Shown here piece by piece: positions 27,417 through 37,032 of a DNA stretch of 64,000 nucleotides (position 1 is its first letter; every line of letters starts with the position of its first letter). This stretch comes from Candidatus Eiseniibacteriota bacterium. GTDB lineage: Bacteria; Eisenbacteria; RBG-16-71-46; DASYSL01. Both the position numbers and the translations under genes were made by a program. The stretch covers positions 1-64,000 of the forward strand of contig JBKJJJ010000215.1 in assembly GCA_046598045.1 (NCBI GenBank), written 5' to 3'. The notes under the pieces were generated by a model that had not been told where the DNA came from, ran no database searches, and worked only from the letters and a program-made list of their open reading frames with translations.

Positions 27417-28294
27417 GCGAGATCGTCGAGCAGGTACGGGAGCGCTACGCCGCCACGGCGCGCCGCGCTGCGGAAAAGCAGGCGCAGGGACACGAGGACG
27501 CGTGCGGTTGCGATTGTGCGTCGAGCGGGTGTTGCGGGGAGGGCCAGCCGGGCGTGACCGCCTCGGGCCTGGCACGCGCGATCGGCTACAGCGATGCGGA
27601 GCTCGCGCAGGCGGGGGAAGGAAACCTCGGCCTCGGTTGCGGCAATCCGCTCGCGCTGGCCGCGATCGCTCCCGGGATGACGGTGCTCGACCTGGGCAGC
27701 GGGGCCGGCTTCGACGCGTTCCTCGCAGCGGCGCGCGTGGGGCCGACCGGGCGCGTGATCGGCGTCGACATGACGCCCGACATGCTCGCGCTGGCGCGCC
27801 AGAACGCCGCCGCGCGCGGGGCGACGAACGTCGAGTTCCGCGAGGGCGTCATCGAAGCGCTCCCGGTCGAGGACGCGTCGGTCGACCTCGTGATCTCCAA
27901 TTGCGTGATCAACCTGAGCGTCGACAAGCCGGCGGTGTTCCGCGAGGTGCTGCGCGTGCTCAAGCCCGGCGGGGCGCTGAGCGTGAGCGATCTCGTGCTC
28001 GCCGCGCCGCTGCCCGAGAGCGTGCAGACCAGCGTCGAGGCCTACGTCGGCTGCATCGCCGGCGCGTCGCCGATCGGCGACTACCTCGGCTGGCTCTTCG
28101 CGGCCGGGTTCACCCAGGTCGCTTTGCCGAGCGTCACCTCGGCGGGGTTGATGGTCGCGGGCCTGGACGCGGGCGGCGGGGACGCCGGGAGCGGTTGCTG
28201 CGGCGCGTCGACCGACACGATCCCGGCCGCCGACGTTGCGCAGGCGGGTCGCGCGCTGGTCTCCGCCACGTTCTTCGCGCGCAAGGCGGGCTGA
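27413..28294 (+). CDS. arsM: Arsenite S-adenosylmethyltransferase
   Basis: VRERY, NLGLGCGNP, VLDLGSGAGFD, VISNCVINL and YVGCIAGA; ATGA overlap with marR. Confidence 0.92.
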   Translation: MSEIVEQVRERYAATARRAAEKQAQGHEDACGCDCASSGCCGEGQPGVTASGLARAIGYSDAELAQAGEGNLGLGCGNPLALAAIAPGMTVLDLGSGAGFDAFLAAARVGPTGRVIGVDMTPDMLALARQNAAARGATNVEFREGVIEALPVEDASVDLVISNCVINLSVDKPAVFREVLRVLKPGGALSVSDLVLAAPLPESVQTSVEAYVGCIAGASPIGDYLGWLFAAGFTQVALPSVTSAGLMVAGLDAGGGDAGSGCCGASTDTIPAADVAQAGRALVSATFFARKAG

Positions 28295-28378
28295 TTTGGG
28301 AAGGGGGCCGGATCGTGTTACATTCGCACGACTCCGGCCCGCCCCGGCGGCGGGCGCTGTCCCACTCCCACCCGACGG

Positions 28379-31102
28379 ATGGCGATGAGCCCGACCTCTT
28401 CTTCCAACGCCTTTGACTCGTTGCGCGCCCTCGCCACTCCGCAGGGCGATGTCTGGATTCACCGCCTCGACCTCATGGCCCAGGACCTCGGCCTCGACGT
28501 CGCGCGGCTCCCGATCACGATCAAGATCCTGCTCGAGGCCGCGCTGCGCAACGTGGACGGTTTCCGCGTGCGCGCCGAGGACGTCGACCGCCTCGCGCGC
28601 TGGGACGCCCGGAAGAAATCCGAGTCCGAGTTCCCGTTCCTGCCCGGCCGTGTCGTGCTCCAGGACTTCACCGGCGTGCCCTGCGTCGTCGACCTCGCCG
28701 CCATGCGCGACGCGATGAAGGCGCTCGGCGGTGATCCTGCGCGCATCAACCCGCTCGTGCCGGTCGACCTCGTGATCGACCACTCGGTGCAGGTCGACTT
28801 CTTCGGCACGCCCGACGCGCTGCCGAAGAACGCCGCGATCGAGTTCGAGCGCAACCGCGAGCGCTACGAGTTCCTGCGCTGGGGCCAGACCGCGTTCCGG
28901 AACTTCCGTGTCGTGCCGCCGGCGACCGGCATCGTGCACCAGGTGAACCTCGAGTTTCTCGCCAGCGTGGTGCGCGTCGACCAGGCCGCGGGCAAGCGGC
29001 TCGCGTTCCCGGACACGCTGGTCGGGACCGATTCGCACACCACGATGGTCAACGGACTCGGCGTGCTGGGTTGGGGCGTGGGCGGGATCGAGGCCGAGGC
29101 CGCGATGCTCGGCCAGCCGCTCTACATGATCGCGCCCGAGGTCGTCGGCTTCCGCCTGCACGGCCGCCTCCGCGAGGGTGTGACCGCGACCGACCTCGTC
29201 CTGACCGTCACCCAGATGCTGCGCAAGAAGGGCGTGGTCGACAAGTTCGTCGAGTTCTACGGCGACGGGCTGTCCGGTCTCGCGCTCGCGGACCGGGCGA
29301 CGGTCGCGAACATGGCGCCCGAGTACGGCGCGACCTGCGGGTTCTTTCCGGTCGACGACGAGGCGCTGCGCTACCTGCGCGCGACCAATCGCGCTGCCGA
29401 CGCCGCGGTGACCGAGGCCTACTGCAAGGAGCAGGGGATGTTCCGCGTCGACGGCGCGCCCGCGCCGCTGTTCAGCGACACGATCGAGCTCGACCTCGCG
29501 GACGTCGTGCCCTCGCTCGCGGGCCCGAAGCGGCCGCAGGACCGGGTCGCGCTCTCCGCCATGAAGTCGACGTTTCAGAGCGCGCTCACCGCCCCGACGA
29601 AGGACCGCGGCTACGGCCTCGCCGAGGCTGACCTGGCGAAGACCGGCACGTTCGTGCGCGACGGCCAGAGCACGACGCTCGGCCACGGCGCGGTCGTGAT
29701 CGCGGCCATCACCTCGTGCACGAACACCTCGAACCCATCGGTCATGCTCGCGGCGGGACTGCTCGCGCAGAAGGCGCAGGCGAAAGGGCTCCGGGTGCCG
29801 GCGCACGTGAAGACCAGCCTCGCGCCGGGCTCGAAGGTGGTGACCGAGTACCTGACGCGCGCCGGCGTCCTGGGCGCGCTCGAGGCGCTCGGCTTCGACG
29901 TCGTGGGCTACGGCTGCACGACCTGTATCGGCAATTCGGGCCCGCTCGAGGCCGACGTCACGAAGGCGGTGAGCGACGCCGGGGTCGTCGCGGCGGCCGT
30001 GCTCTCGGGCAACCGCAATTTCGAGGGCCGCGTCCACCCCTTGACGCGCGCGAACTGGCTGGCCTCGCCGCCGCTGGTCGTGGCCTACGCGCTCGCGGGC
30101 ACGACCGATCGCGACCTGACGACCGAGCCGCTGGGCAGGGGCGCGGACGGGCAGGACGTGTACCTCAAGGAGGTGTGGCCGACGCAGGAGGAGGTCGCGC
30201 GCGCGGTCACGGAATCGCTCCAGCCCGAGATGTTCGCGCGCTCGTATGGGAATGTGTTCGACGGCAACCCGACGTGGAACGCGATCCCGACCGGCGGCGG
30301 CGAGCTTTACGGCTGGGACGCCGCGTCGACCTACATCCGGAATCCGCCCTATTTCGAGGGCCTCACCAGGACCCCCGTGCCGACGAAGGACCTCGTGGGC
30401 GCGCGCGTGCTGGTGATGGTGGGCGACTCGGTGACAACCGATCACATCTCCCCGGCGGGCGACATCGCCGAGGGCAGCCCGGCCGGGCGCTATCTGAACG
30501 AGCATGGCATCACGAAGCAGGACTTCAACTCGTACGGCGCGCGGCGGGGCAACCACGAGGTGATGATGCGCGGCACGTTCGCGAACATCCGTCTCAAGAA
30601 CCTGCTGGTGCCGGGCAGCGAGGGCAACGTCACCCGCCACCTGCCCGGCGGGGAGACCATGGCGATCTTCGACGCGGCCGAGCGCTACCGGGGGAGCGGC
30701 ACCCCGCTGGTTGTGCTGGCGGGGAAGGAATACGGCACGGGCAGCTCGCGCGACTGGGCGGCGAAGGGGCCGCTCCTGCTCGGCGTGCGCGCGGTCATCG
30801 CCGAGTCGTTCGAGCGCATCCACCGTTCGAACCTCGCCGGCATGGGCGTGCTGCCCCTGACCTACCTGCCGGGGGAGAGCGCCGAGACGCTCGGCTTGAC
30901 GGGCGCGGAGACGTTCGCGATCGCCGGGATCTCGGCCGACATCTCGCCGCGCCAGAGGGTCACGGTGACCGCAACCAGGGACGGCGGTGAGAAGGTCCCG
31001 TTCCAGGCAATCGTGCGCCTCGACACGCCGGTCGAGGTGGGGTACTACCGGAACGGCGGCATCCTGCAGACGGTCCTGCGCTCACTGGCCGGCGGCAACT
31101 GA
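28379..31102 (+). CDS. acnA: Aconitate hydratase A
   Basis: [53 protein letters not shown] and [10 protein letters not shown]. Confidence 0.98.
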   Translation: MAMSPTSSSNAFDSLRALATPQGDVWIHRLDLMAQDLGLDVARLPITIKILLEAALRNVDGFRVRAEDVDRLARWDARKKSESEFPFLPGRVVLQDFTGVPCVVDLAAMRDAMKALGGDPARINPLVPVDLVIDHSVQVDFFGTPDALPKNAAIEFERNRERYEFLRWGQTAFRNFRVVPPATGIVHQVNLEFLASVVRVDQAAGKRLAFPDTLVGTDSHTTMVNGLGVLGWGVGGIEAEAAMLGQPLYMIAPEVVGFRLHGRLREGVTATDLVLTVTQMLRKKGVVDKFVEFYGDGLSGLALADRATVANMAPEYGATCGFFPVDDEALRYLRATNRAADAAVTEAYCKEQGMFRVDGAPAPLFSDTIELDLADVVPSLAGPKRPQDRVALSAMKSTFQSALTAPTKDRGYGLAEADLAKTGTFVRDGQSTTLGHGAVVIAAITSCTNTSNPSVMLAAGLLAQKAQAKGLRVPAHVKTSLAPGSKVVTEYLTRAGVLGALEALGFDVVGYGCTTCIGNSGPLEADVTKAVSDAGVVAAAVLSGNRNFEGRVHPLTRANWLASPPLVVAYALAGTTDRDLTTEPLGRGADGQDVYLKEVWPTQEEVARAVTESLQPEMFARSYGNVFDGNPTWNAIPTGGGELYGWDAASTYIRNPPYFEGLTRTPVPTKDLVGARVLVMVGDSVTTDHISPAGDIAEGSPAGRYLNEHGITKQDFNSYGARRGNHEVMMRGTFANIRLKNLLVPGSEGNVTRHLPGGETMAIFDAAERYRGSGTPLVVLAGKEYGTGSSRDWAAKGPLLLGVRAVIAESFERIHRSNLAGMGVLPLTYLPGESAETLGLTGAETFAIAGISADISPRQRVTVTATRDGGEKVPFQAIVRLDTPVEVGYYRNGGILQTVLRSLAGGN

Positions 31103-31135
31103 GACTGCGGCCCGGCGTCACGACGGAGGGGGAGC

Positions 31136-31531
31136 ATGCTAGGGGAATTCAAGAAGTTCCTGCTGCAGACCAACGCCCTCGCGCTGGCCGTGGGGGTCGT
31201 GATCGGCGCAGCGATCGGCAAGGTCGTGAGCTCGCTGGTGAGCGACGTGCTGATGCCGGTGATCAGCCTCGGGATCCCGGGCGGCGCCTGGCGCGACGCG
31301 AAGATCGTGCTCGCGTCGAATCCGGACGGCACGGTCAAGAATGCGATCGCGTCCGGGCAGTTCCTGGGCAACATCATCGACTTCGTCATCATCGCGGCGG
31401 CGGTGTTCTTCATCACCAGGGCGCTGATCAAGCCCCCGCCACCCGGCCCGCCGGCAAAGCATTGCCCCGAATGCACCGAGGCGATCCCGATCGCCGCGAA
31501 GCGCTGCAAGTACTGCACGGCGCCGGTCTGA
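31136..31531 (+). CDS. mscL: Large-conductance mechanosensitive channel with C-terminal Zn ribbon
   Basis: EFKKFL...LAVGVVIGAA.GK.VSSLVSDV.MP and GQFL..IIDFVII; tail CPEC...RCKYC. Confidence 0.9.
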   Translation: MLGEFKKFLLQTNALALAVGVVIGAAIGKVVSSLVSDVLMPVISLGIPGGAWRDAKIVLASNPDGTVKNAIASGQFLGNIIDFVIIAAAVFFITRALIKPPPPGPPAKHCPECTEAIPIAAKRCKYCTAPV

Positions 31532-31629
31532 GACCCGGCGGGGGCCGCCCGCATGGCGTGGCGACCCCCCTCAAGTCGGCGCCGCGAACGTCCGATCACA
31601 AGGCCAGTCGAACCCCGTCCGGCGCCCGC

Positions 31630-31658
31630 TTGTGAAGGGCTCAACCGGGCGGTATCCT
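31630..31658 (+). promoter_or_regulatory. Sigma70-type promoter of the acyl-CoA dehydrogenase gene
   Basis: TTGTGA-17 bp-TATCCT. Confidence 0.5.
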
Positions 31659-31701
31659 CGCGCTTGAAATCTCCCTCGACCTCCGCCCCGGAGCCAGCGC
31701 A

Positions 31702-33624
31702 ATGCCCGACGAACGCTCGACCGTCCCGCCCGCCACGACCCATGCCACGGAGCACGAAGCCCGTGCCATCGCGGAAGCCTCGCGCGAGACCGAGTGGGAC
31801 AAGCCGAGTTTCGTGCGCGAGTTGTTCGACGGCAAGCTCGACCTCTCCCTGATCCACCCGTTCCCGACGCCCGATCCCGAGGAGGAGCGCCGCGGCAAGG
31901 AGTGGATCGCGCGGCTCGAGACCTTCCTCAGGGACCACGTCGACGGCGAGCAGATCGAGCGCGAGGGCAGGATCCCGCCCGAGGTGATCCAGGGGCTGCG
32001 CGAGCTGGGCGCGTTCGGGATCAAGATCCCGGTCGAGTACGGCGGCCTCGGGCTGTCGCAGCGCAGCTACGGCCACGCGGTCGCGCTCGCGGGGTCGGAA
32101 TCGGCGGCGCTGGTCACGCTCCTGTCCGCGCACCAGTCGATCGGGCTGCCGCAGCCGGTCAAGCTGTTCGGCACCGAGGCGCAGAAGAGGAAGTACCTGA
32201 CGCGCTGCGCGGCGGGGGCGATCTCGGCGTTCGCGCTGACCGAGAGCGACGTGGGCTCGGATCCCGCGCGCATGTCGACGCTCGCCACGCCGCTGCCCGA
32301 CGGGTCCGGCTGGTCGCTCTCCGGCGAGAAGCTCTGGTGCACGAACGGCGCGATCGCGGAGTTGCTGGTCGTCATGGCGCGCACGCCCGGCACGACGCCC
32401 GGCAAGCCCGGGCCGATCTCGGCGTTCATCGTCGAGGCCGACACGCCCGGCGTCCACGTCACGCACCGGCTCGAGTTCATGGGGCTCAGGGGCATCGAGA
32501 ACGCGGTCATCCGTTTCGACGACGTCAGGGTCCCGCGCGAGAACCTGCTGTGGGACGAGGGCAAGGGGCTCAAGCTCGCGCTGGTCACGCTCAACACGGG
32601 CCGGCTCACGCTGCCCGCGTCCTGCGCGGCCGCCGGCAAGTGGTGCCTCAACGTGGTGCGCCACTGGGCGAACGACCGCGTGCAGTGGGGCAAGCCCGTG
32701 GGCAAGCACGACGCGGTGGCGCAGATGATCGCCGACATCGCCTCGAAGACCTACGCCATGGACGCGATCAGCGAGCTGGGCTCGATGCTCGCCGACCGCC
32801 ACGCCTCGGACATCCGGCTCGAGGCCGCGGTCGCCAAGCTGTGGAATTCGGACACCGCGTGGCACCTCGCCGACATGACGCTCCAGATCCGCGGCGGCCG
32901 CGGCTACGAGACCGCGCCCTCGCTCGCCTCGCGCGGCGAGACCCCCGTCCCGATGGAGCGCGTACTGCGCGACCTGCGCATCAACCGCATCTTCGAGGGC
33001 ACGAACGAGATCCTGCACCTGTTCATCGCGCGCGAGGCGGTCGACACCCATCTCAAGGTGGCGGGGGACCTGATCGACCCGAAGGCGCCGATGGGCAGGA
33101 AGCTGTCCGCGCTGGTCAAGGCGGGGCTGTTCTACGCGGTGTGGTACCCGTCGAAGTGGCTGGGCTACGCGGGCTGGCCGAAGTACTCCGAGTTCGGGCC
33201 GCTGGCGACCCACCTCCGGTTCGTCGAGCGCACGTCGCGCCGGCTGGCGCGGGCGCAGTTCCACGCCATGATGCGCTACCAGGGCGGGCTCGAGCGCAAG
33301 CAGTCGATCCTGTTCCGCTTCGTGGACGTGGCGGCCGAGCTGTATGCCATGAGCGCCGCGGTGACCATGGCGCATGCGCAGTCCCGCGCCGGCGCCGCGG
33401 CCGGGGAGGACCCGATCGCGCTCGCCGACCTGTTCTGCAGGAACGCGCGCCGCCGGGTGGCGGAGTCGTTCCGCCGTGTCTCGGACAATGACGACGAGGC
33501 CGGCTACCGGTTGGCGAAGGACGTGCTCGCGGGCAATCTCACGTGGCTCGAGCAGGGCGTGTTCAACGTCGACGACCTGCTCAGCGCCGCCGAGGCCGCG
33601 GCGGTGGCGAAGAGCGCAAGCTAG
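31702..33624 (+). CDS. Acyl-CoA dehydrogenase (ACAD9/VLCAD-like)
   Basis: FALTE..VGSDP, GEKLWCTNG, R.QWG.P, QI.GG.GY and RINRIFEGTNEI. Confidence 0.95.
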   Translation: MPDERSTVPPATTHATEHEARAIAEASRETEWDKPSFVRELFDGKLDLSLIHPFPTPDPEEERRGKEWIARLETFLRDHVDGEQIEREGRIPPEVIQGLRELGAFGIKIPVEYGGLGLSQRSYGHAVALAGSESAALVTLLSAHQSIGLPQPVKLFGTEAQKRKYLTRCAAGAISAFALTESDVGSDPARMSTLATPLPDGSGWSLSGEKLWCTNGAIAELLVVMARTPGTTPGKPGPISAFIVEADTPGVHVTHRLEFMGLRGIENAVIRFDDVRVPRENLLWDEGKGLKLALVTLNTGRLTLPASCAAAGKWCLNVVRHWANDRVQWGKPVGKHDAVAQMIADIASKTYAMDAISELGSMLADRHASDIRLEAAVAKLWNSDTAWHLADMTLQIRGGRGYETAPSLASRGETPVPMERVLRDLRINRIFEGTNEILHLFIAREAVDTHLKVAGDLIDPKAPMGRKLSALVKAGLFYAVWYPSKWLGYAGWPKYSEFGPLATHLRFVERTSRRLARAQFHAMMRYQGGLERKQSILFRFVDVAAELYAMSAAVTMAHAQSRAGAAAGEDPIALADLFCRNARRRVAESFRRVSDNDDEAGYRLAKDVLAGNLTWLEQGVFNVDDLLSAAEAAAVAKSAS

Positions 33625-34484
33625 TCCCTCCGGGGCTGCTCGAGCACCGGCGCCATCGCGGCCCGCATCATCCCGAGCTTCATCCGTTCGGTGGGGCGCA
33701 TCTCCCCCCGATGCGGCGCCCGTCCGTCCGCGAACACCTGCTGCAACTGCCCCGCCGGCACCATGCCCATGTCGTGCCTCCCCGCCATCACGTGGACCGT
33801 GCCCTCGAGCACGCAGACGCAGGTTCCCATCGGCTCCTCGATCACGGCCAGCGTCGTCCCGGTCATCGTCGCCGAGGCCTGGGGCGTGGCGATGGTGAGG
33901 GTCGCGCCGTGGAAGCGCGTACCCGAGGTGAGGCGGACTTCGCCCGCCTCGACGCGGCCCTCGCTGTGCCGCCCGAACCAGCGCGGCGGGGGGGCCGGGA
34001 GCGTCATGCGCGTGCCCGGCGCGATCCCCAGCGCGACCTGACCGCGCGAGACCAGCTCGAGATCGCCGGACCCGTTCCACTCGATCGTGGCGCCGGCGAC
34101 CAGCGCCTCGTTGATGCTCTCGAAATCATCCGCCGGGATCGCCTCGTCGTTGATCAGCACATTGCCGTGCGCGTTCTGGAGCGCGGCCACCCGCCAGCGC
34201 GGGCCCGGGTTGAACACCCAGGCGAACCCGGCGACGAGCAGGAGCGCGGCGGTCGCGAGCGCCAGCCGGAGCAGGCGCGAGCCGGGACGCCGGGCCGCGA
34301 TCGGGCGCTCGGCGGGGGTCGCCGCCGCCGGGTCGATCGCGCCGGAAGCGAACGCCGCGCCGAGCCGCGCCCGGAACTCCGGGTCGGCCGCGACCCCCGG
34401 CAGCGCGCGCACCGCGTCCTGCGCCCGCAGCGCATCGGGGTCGAGCGGTTCGTCCATGATGTCGCGACCGTCGTCGTGGGTCAT
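33621..34484 (-). CDS. Anti-sigma factor with FecR-like periplasmic domain
   Basis: ADPEFRARL N-domain, one TM helix, TPQASATMTGT.L.V and TCVCVLEGTVHV; ATGA overlap with the sigma gene. Confidence 0.75.
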   Translation of the reverse strand: MTHDDGRDIMDEPLDPDALRAQDAVRALPGVAADPEFRARLGAAFASGAIDPAAATPAERPIAARRPGSRLLRLALATAALLLVAGFAWVFNPGPRWRVAALQNAHGNVLINDEAIPADDFESINEALVAGATIEWNGSGDLELVSRGQVALGIAPGTRMTLPAPPPRWFGRHSEGRVEAGEVRLTSGTRFHGATLTIATPQASATMTGTTLAVIEEPMGTCVCVLEGTVHVMAGRHDMGMVPAGQLQQVFADGRAPHRGEMRPTERMKLGMMRAAMAPVLEQPRRD

Positions 34485-35122
34485 GCCAGCCGTTCCCGAA
34501 GCGCCTTGCCGAGTGCGGCGAGTGCGCGTGAGTGCCGCTTCCGAGCCGCGTCGTGCGTGATGCCCAGCGACGCGGCGATCTCCTCGTGCGTGAGGCCGGA
34601 GTAGTCGTACAGCAACACCGACTCGCGCAGGTCCTCCGGGAGCGCGGCGATCGCATCCTGCACGGCCCGCTCCCGCTCCCCGCGCACGAAGTCGCGCTCG
34701 GGGTCGTTCGTGCCCGCCGTGAGCGTCTCGCGCACGGCGGGATCGTCGACCGGCATCGCCGCCCGGCGCATGCGCTCGGCGCCCGAGCGCCAGTGATCGC
34801 GGCAGACGTTGCTCGCGATCGTCACCAGCCAGGGCATCGGGTCGCGCGCCGGGTCGAGCCGGTCGATCGCGCGATGCACCTTGAGGAACACCTCCGAGAC
34901 CGCGTCCTCGGCCTGAGTCCGGTCGCCGAGCAGCCGATGCACCAGGGAGAAGACCCGGTCGAAATACGCCTCGAAGAACCCTGCCAGCGCTTCCGGATCC
35001 CGGGAGCGCACCCGCTCGAGCACGGCCGGATCGAGACGGGGCCCGGCCTCCACTCCCCGTACGGACGGGGGCGGGACGAGTGTCTCCGATTCGGCGGGTG
35101 GGGTCGGGCGGTCGGGGCTCAA
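34481..35122 (-). CDS. ECF RNA polymerase sigma factor
   Basis: AEDAVSEVFLKV, PWLVTIASNVCRDHWR and GLTHEEIAASLGI; TTG start after GGAGA (start approximate). Confidence 0.92.
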   Translation of the reverse strand: MSPDRPTPPAESETLVPPPSVRGVEAGPRLDPAVLERVRSRDPEALAGFFEAYFDRVFSLVHRLLGDRTQAEDAVSEVFLKVHRAIDRLDPARDPMPWLVTIASNVCRDHWRSGAERMRRAAMPVDDPAVRETLTAGTNDPERDFVRGERERAVQDAIAALPEDLRESVLLYDYSGLTHEEIAASLGITHDAARKRHSRALAALGKALRERLA

Positions 35123-35240
35123 CTGGGATGTCTCCGGGGCCGGGAAGGGGTCGGGCGGGCAGCTTAGCACAGGCCGGCCAGGGGGTTGGCGCGTCCGGCC
35201 GGCCTTGCCCGCCCGCCCAGCGGACACTACACTGCGCCGC

Positions 35241-36350
35241 ATGCAAGGACGCGTTGCGCTCTCCCTGACCGCGATCTTCACCCTCCTGGCCATCGGCCTG
35301 TCGTTCACTTCCGCAGCACCGCTCCTGGTTTTCGGCGTGGCGGCGCTCGCGATCCTCGGCCTGGCGGCCGTGCTCGGCGGGGCGACCGAGGAACTCGGCG
35401 CCCATCTCGGGCATCGCGTCGGCGGCATCCTCAACGCGACCGTGGGCAACGTGGGCGAGATCATCATCGCCGTGTTCGCGCTCAAGGCCGGCCTGATCGA
35501 CCTGGTCAAAGCCTCGATCACGGGCTCGATCATCGGCAACGTGCTGCTCGTGTTCGGCGCGAGCGTCACGGTGGGCGGGCTCAAGCACGGGATCCAGCGC
35601 TTCGACGCGCGCTCGGCCGGGATGAACGCCGTGCAGCTCGTGCTCGCCACGATCGGCCTGGTCGTGCCCGCGATGTTCGCCTTGAGCGTCGGCGGCGAGC
35701 ACGTGGCGCAGAACTTCCTGCCGATCGAGAGCGTGACGCTCGGGGTCGCGGGGCTCCTGGTCGTGCTCTACGGACTGTCGGTCTACTATGACCTGACGCG
35801 GCCCATGGGCGCCGTCCGCTCGGGCGACGAGATGCACACCGCCGACGCCGCGGAGGCGGCCGCGCGCCGCCACTGGTCGCGTCCGCTCGGGATGCTGGTG
35901 GTCGCGGCCGCGGCGCTGGCGTGGGTTTCGGAGATCCTGGTCGGGGCGGTCGAGCCGGTCGTGCATGAACTGGGCGTCAGCCAGTTCTTCCTCGGCATCG
36001 TCGTGATCCCGATCATCGGCAACCTCGCCGAGCACCTGGTCGCGCTCCAACTCGCGCGCAAGAACCAGATGGATTTCGCGATCGCGGTCTCGCTCGGCTC
36101 GGCGACCCAGGTGGCATTGTTCGCGGCGCCGCTCCTGGTCTTCCTCTCGATCCCGCTCGGCCACCCGCTGACGCTCGTGTTCACGCCCCTGGAGGTGATC
36201 GCGGTCGGCATGGCCGCGCTCATCGCGGCGCTGATCGCCATCGACGGCGAATCGAACTGGCTTGAGGGCGTGCAGCTGATCGCGGTCTACCTGATCCTCG
36301 CGGTGGCGTTCTTCTTCCTGCCTTTCGGCCCCGCGCCGGTGCACCCTTAA
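35241..36350 (+). CDS. cax: Calcium/proton exchanger
   Basis: GGILNATVGNVGE, GSIIGNVLLV, IIGNLAEH and DGESNWLEG. Confidence 0.93.
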   Translation: MQGRVALSLTAIFTLLAIGLSFTSAAPLLVFGVAALAILGLAAVLGGATEELGAHLGHRVGGILNATVGNVGEIIIAVFALKAGLIDLVKASITGSIIGNVLLVFGASVTVGGLKHGIQRFDARSAGMNAVQLVLATIGLVVPAMFALSVGGEHVAQNFLPIESVTLGVAGLLVVLYGLSVYYDLTRPMGAVRSGDEMHTADAAEAAARRHWSRPLGMLVVAAAALAWVSEILVGAVEPVVHELGVSQFFLGIVVIPIIGNLAEHLVALQLARKNQMDFAIAVSLGSATQVALFAAPLLVFLSIPLGHPLTLVFTPLEVIAVGMAALIAALIAIDGESNWLEGVQLIAVYLILAVAFFFLPFGPAPVHP

Positions 36351-36369
36351 CCATGAGTTCGGCAAGGGT

Positions 36370-37032
36370 TTGCGGTCAGGAGCTCCACTGAATCGCGAAG
36401 CCGCGGCCCCGGGAGCGGTAAACGATTCCCACGCCGGGGGCGTCTCCCATGCCGAGGACGTGGCGCTCGCGCGCCGCGCCGCCGCCAGGGACGAGGCGGC
36501 GTGGCGGACGATCTACGAGCGCACCCGGCAGCGCCTGTTCGCGCTGCTCGCCTACCAGACGGGCGACCGCGAGGAGGCGCTCGAGCTCCTGCAGGAGGTC
36601 TACCTGCACGCCTACCAGGGGCTCGCGCGCTATCGTGGGGACGGCCCGCTCGAGGCCTGGTTCGCGATCATGGCGATCCGCCGCGCGCGCGACTGGAAGC
36701 GCAAGCTGGTGCGGCGGCGACGGCACGAGCGGGATGATGCGGAGATCGGCCGGGCCATGGAGGCGGAGGGACCGCGCGGACCCGACCCGAGCGCGCTGCC
36801 GCTGCGGATCGTGCTCGACCGGGCGCTGGCGCAACTGCCCGAGCGGCAACGCGCCGCGTTCCTCCTGCGCGAGGTCGAGGACCTTCCATTCCGCGAGGTC
36901 GCGGAGGCGCTCGGCGTCAACGAGGCGACGGCGCGTGTCCACCACTTGAGGGCCCGGCGCGGGCTCCAGGAATTGCTGAAGGACGAGCCGCGTGCCGCGG
37001 TGTTCATCGCCGAGGACCGGGAGGCCCCATGA
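36370..37032 (+). CDS. ECF RNA polymerase sigma factor
   Basis: D..LARRAAARDEAAW, ELLQEVY and LPERQRAAFLLREVEDLPFREVAEALGV; start codon uncertain (36370-36460). Confidence 0.9.
   Translation: MRSGAPLNREAAAPGAVNDSHAGGVSHAEDVALARRAAARDEAAWRTIYERTRQRLFALLAYQTGDREEALELLQEVYLHAYQGLARYRGDGPLEAWFAIMAIRRARDWKRKLVRRRRHERDDAEIGRAMEAEGPRGPDPSALPLRIVLDRALAQLPERQRAAFLLREVEDLPFREVAEALGVNEATARVHHLRARRGLQELLKDEPRAAVFIAEDREAP

Noticed and set aside
31571..31598. TCAAG...TCCGATCA sigma28-like motif before the acyl-CoA dehydrogenase
   Set aside because: The match is weak and a better sigma70 promoter lies closer to the gene.
33621..36365. 914-aa ORF, and similar over-extended ORFs at 47720, 51606, 52099 and 58815, as fusion proteins
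   Set aside because: The upstream extensions overlap other real genes; RBS positions and stop/start overlaps support the shorter starts used above.
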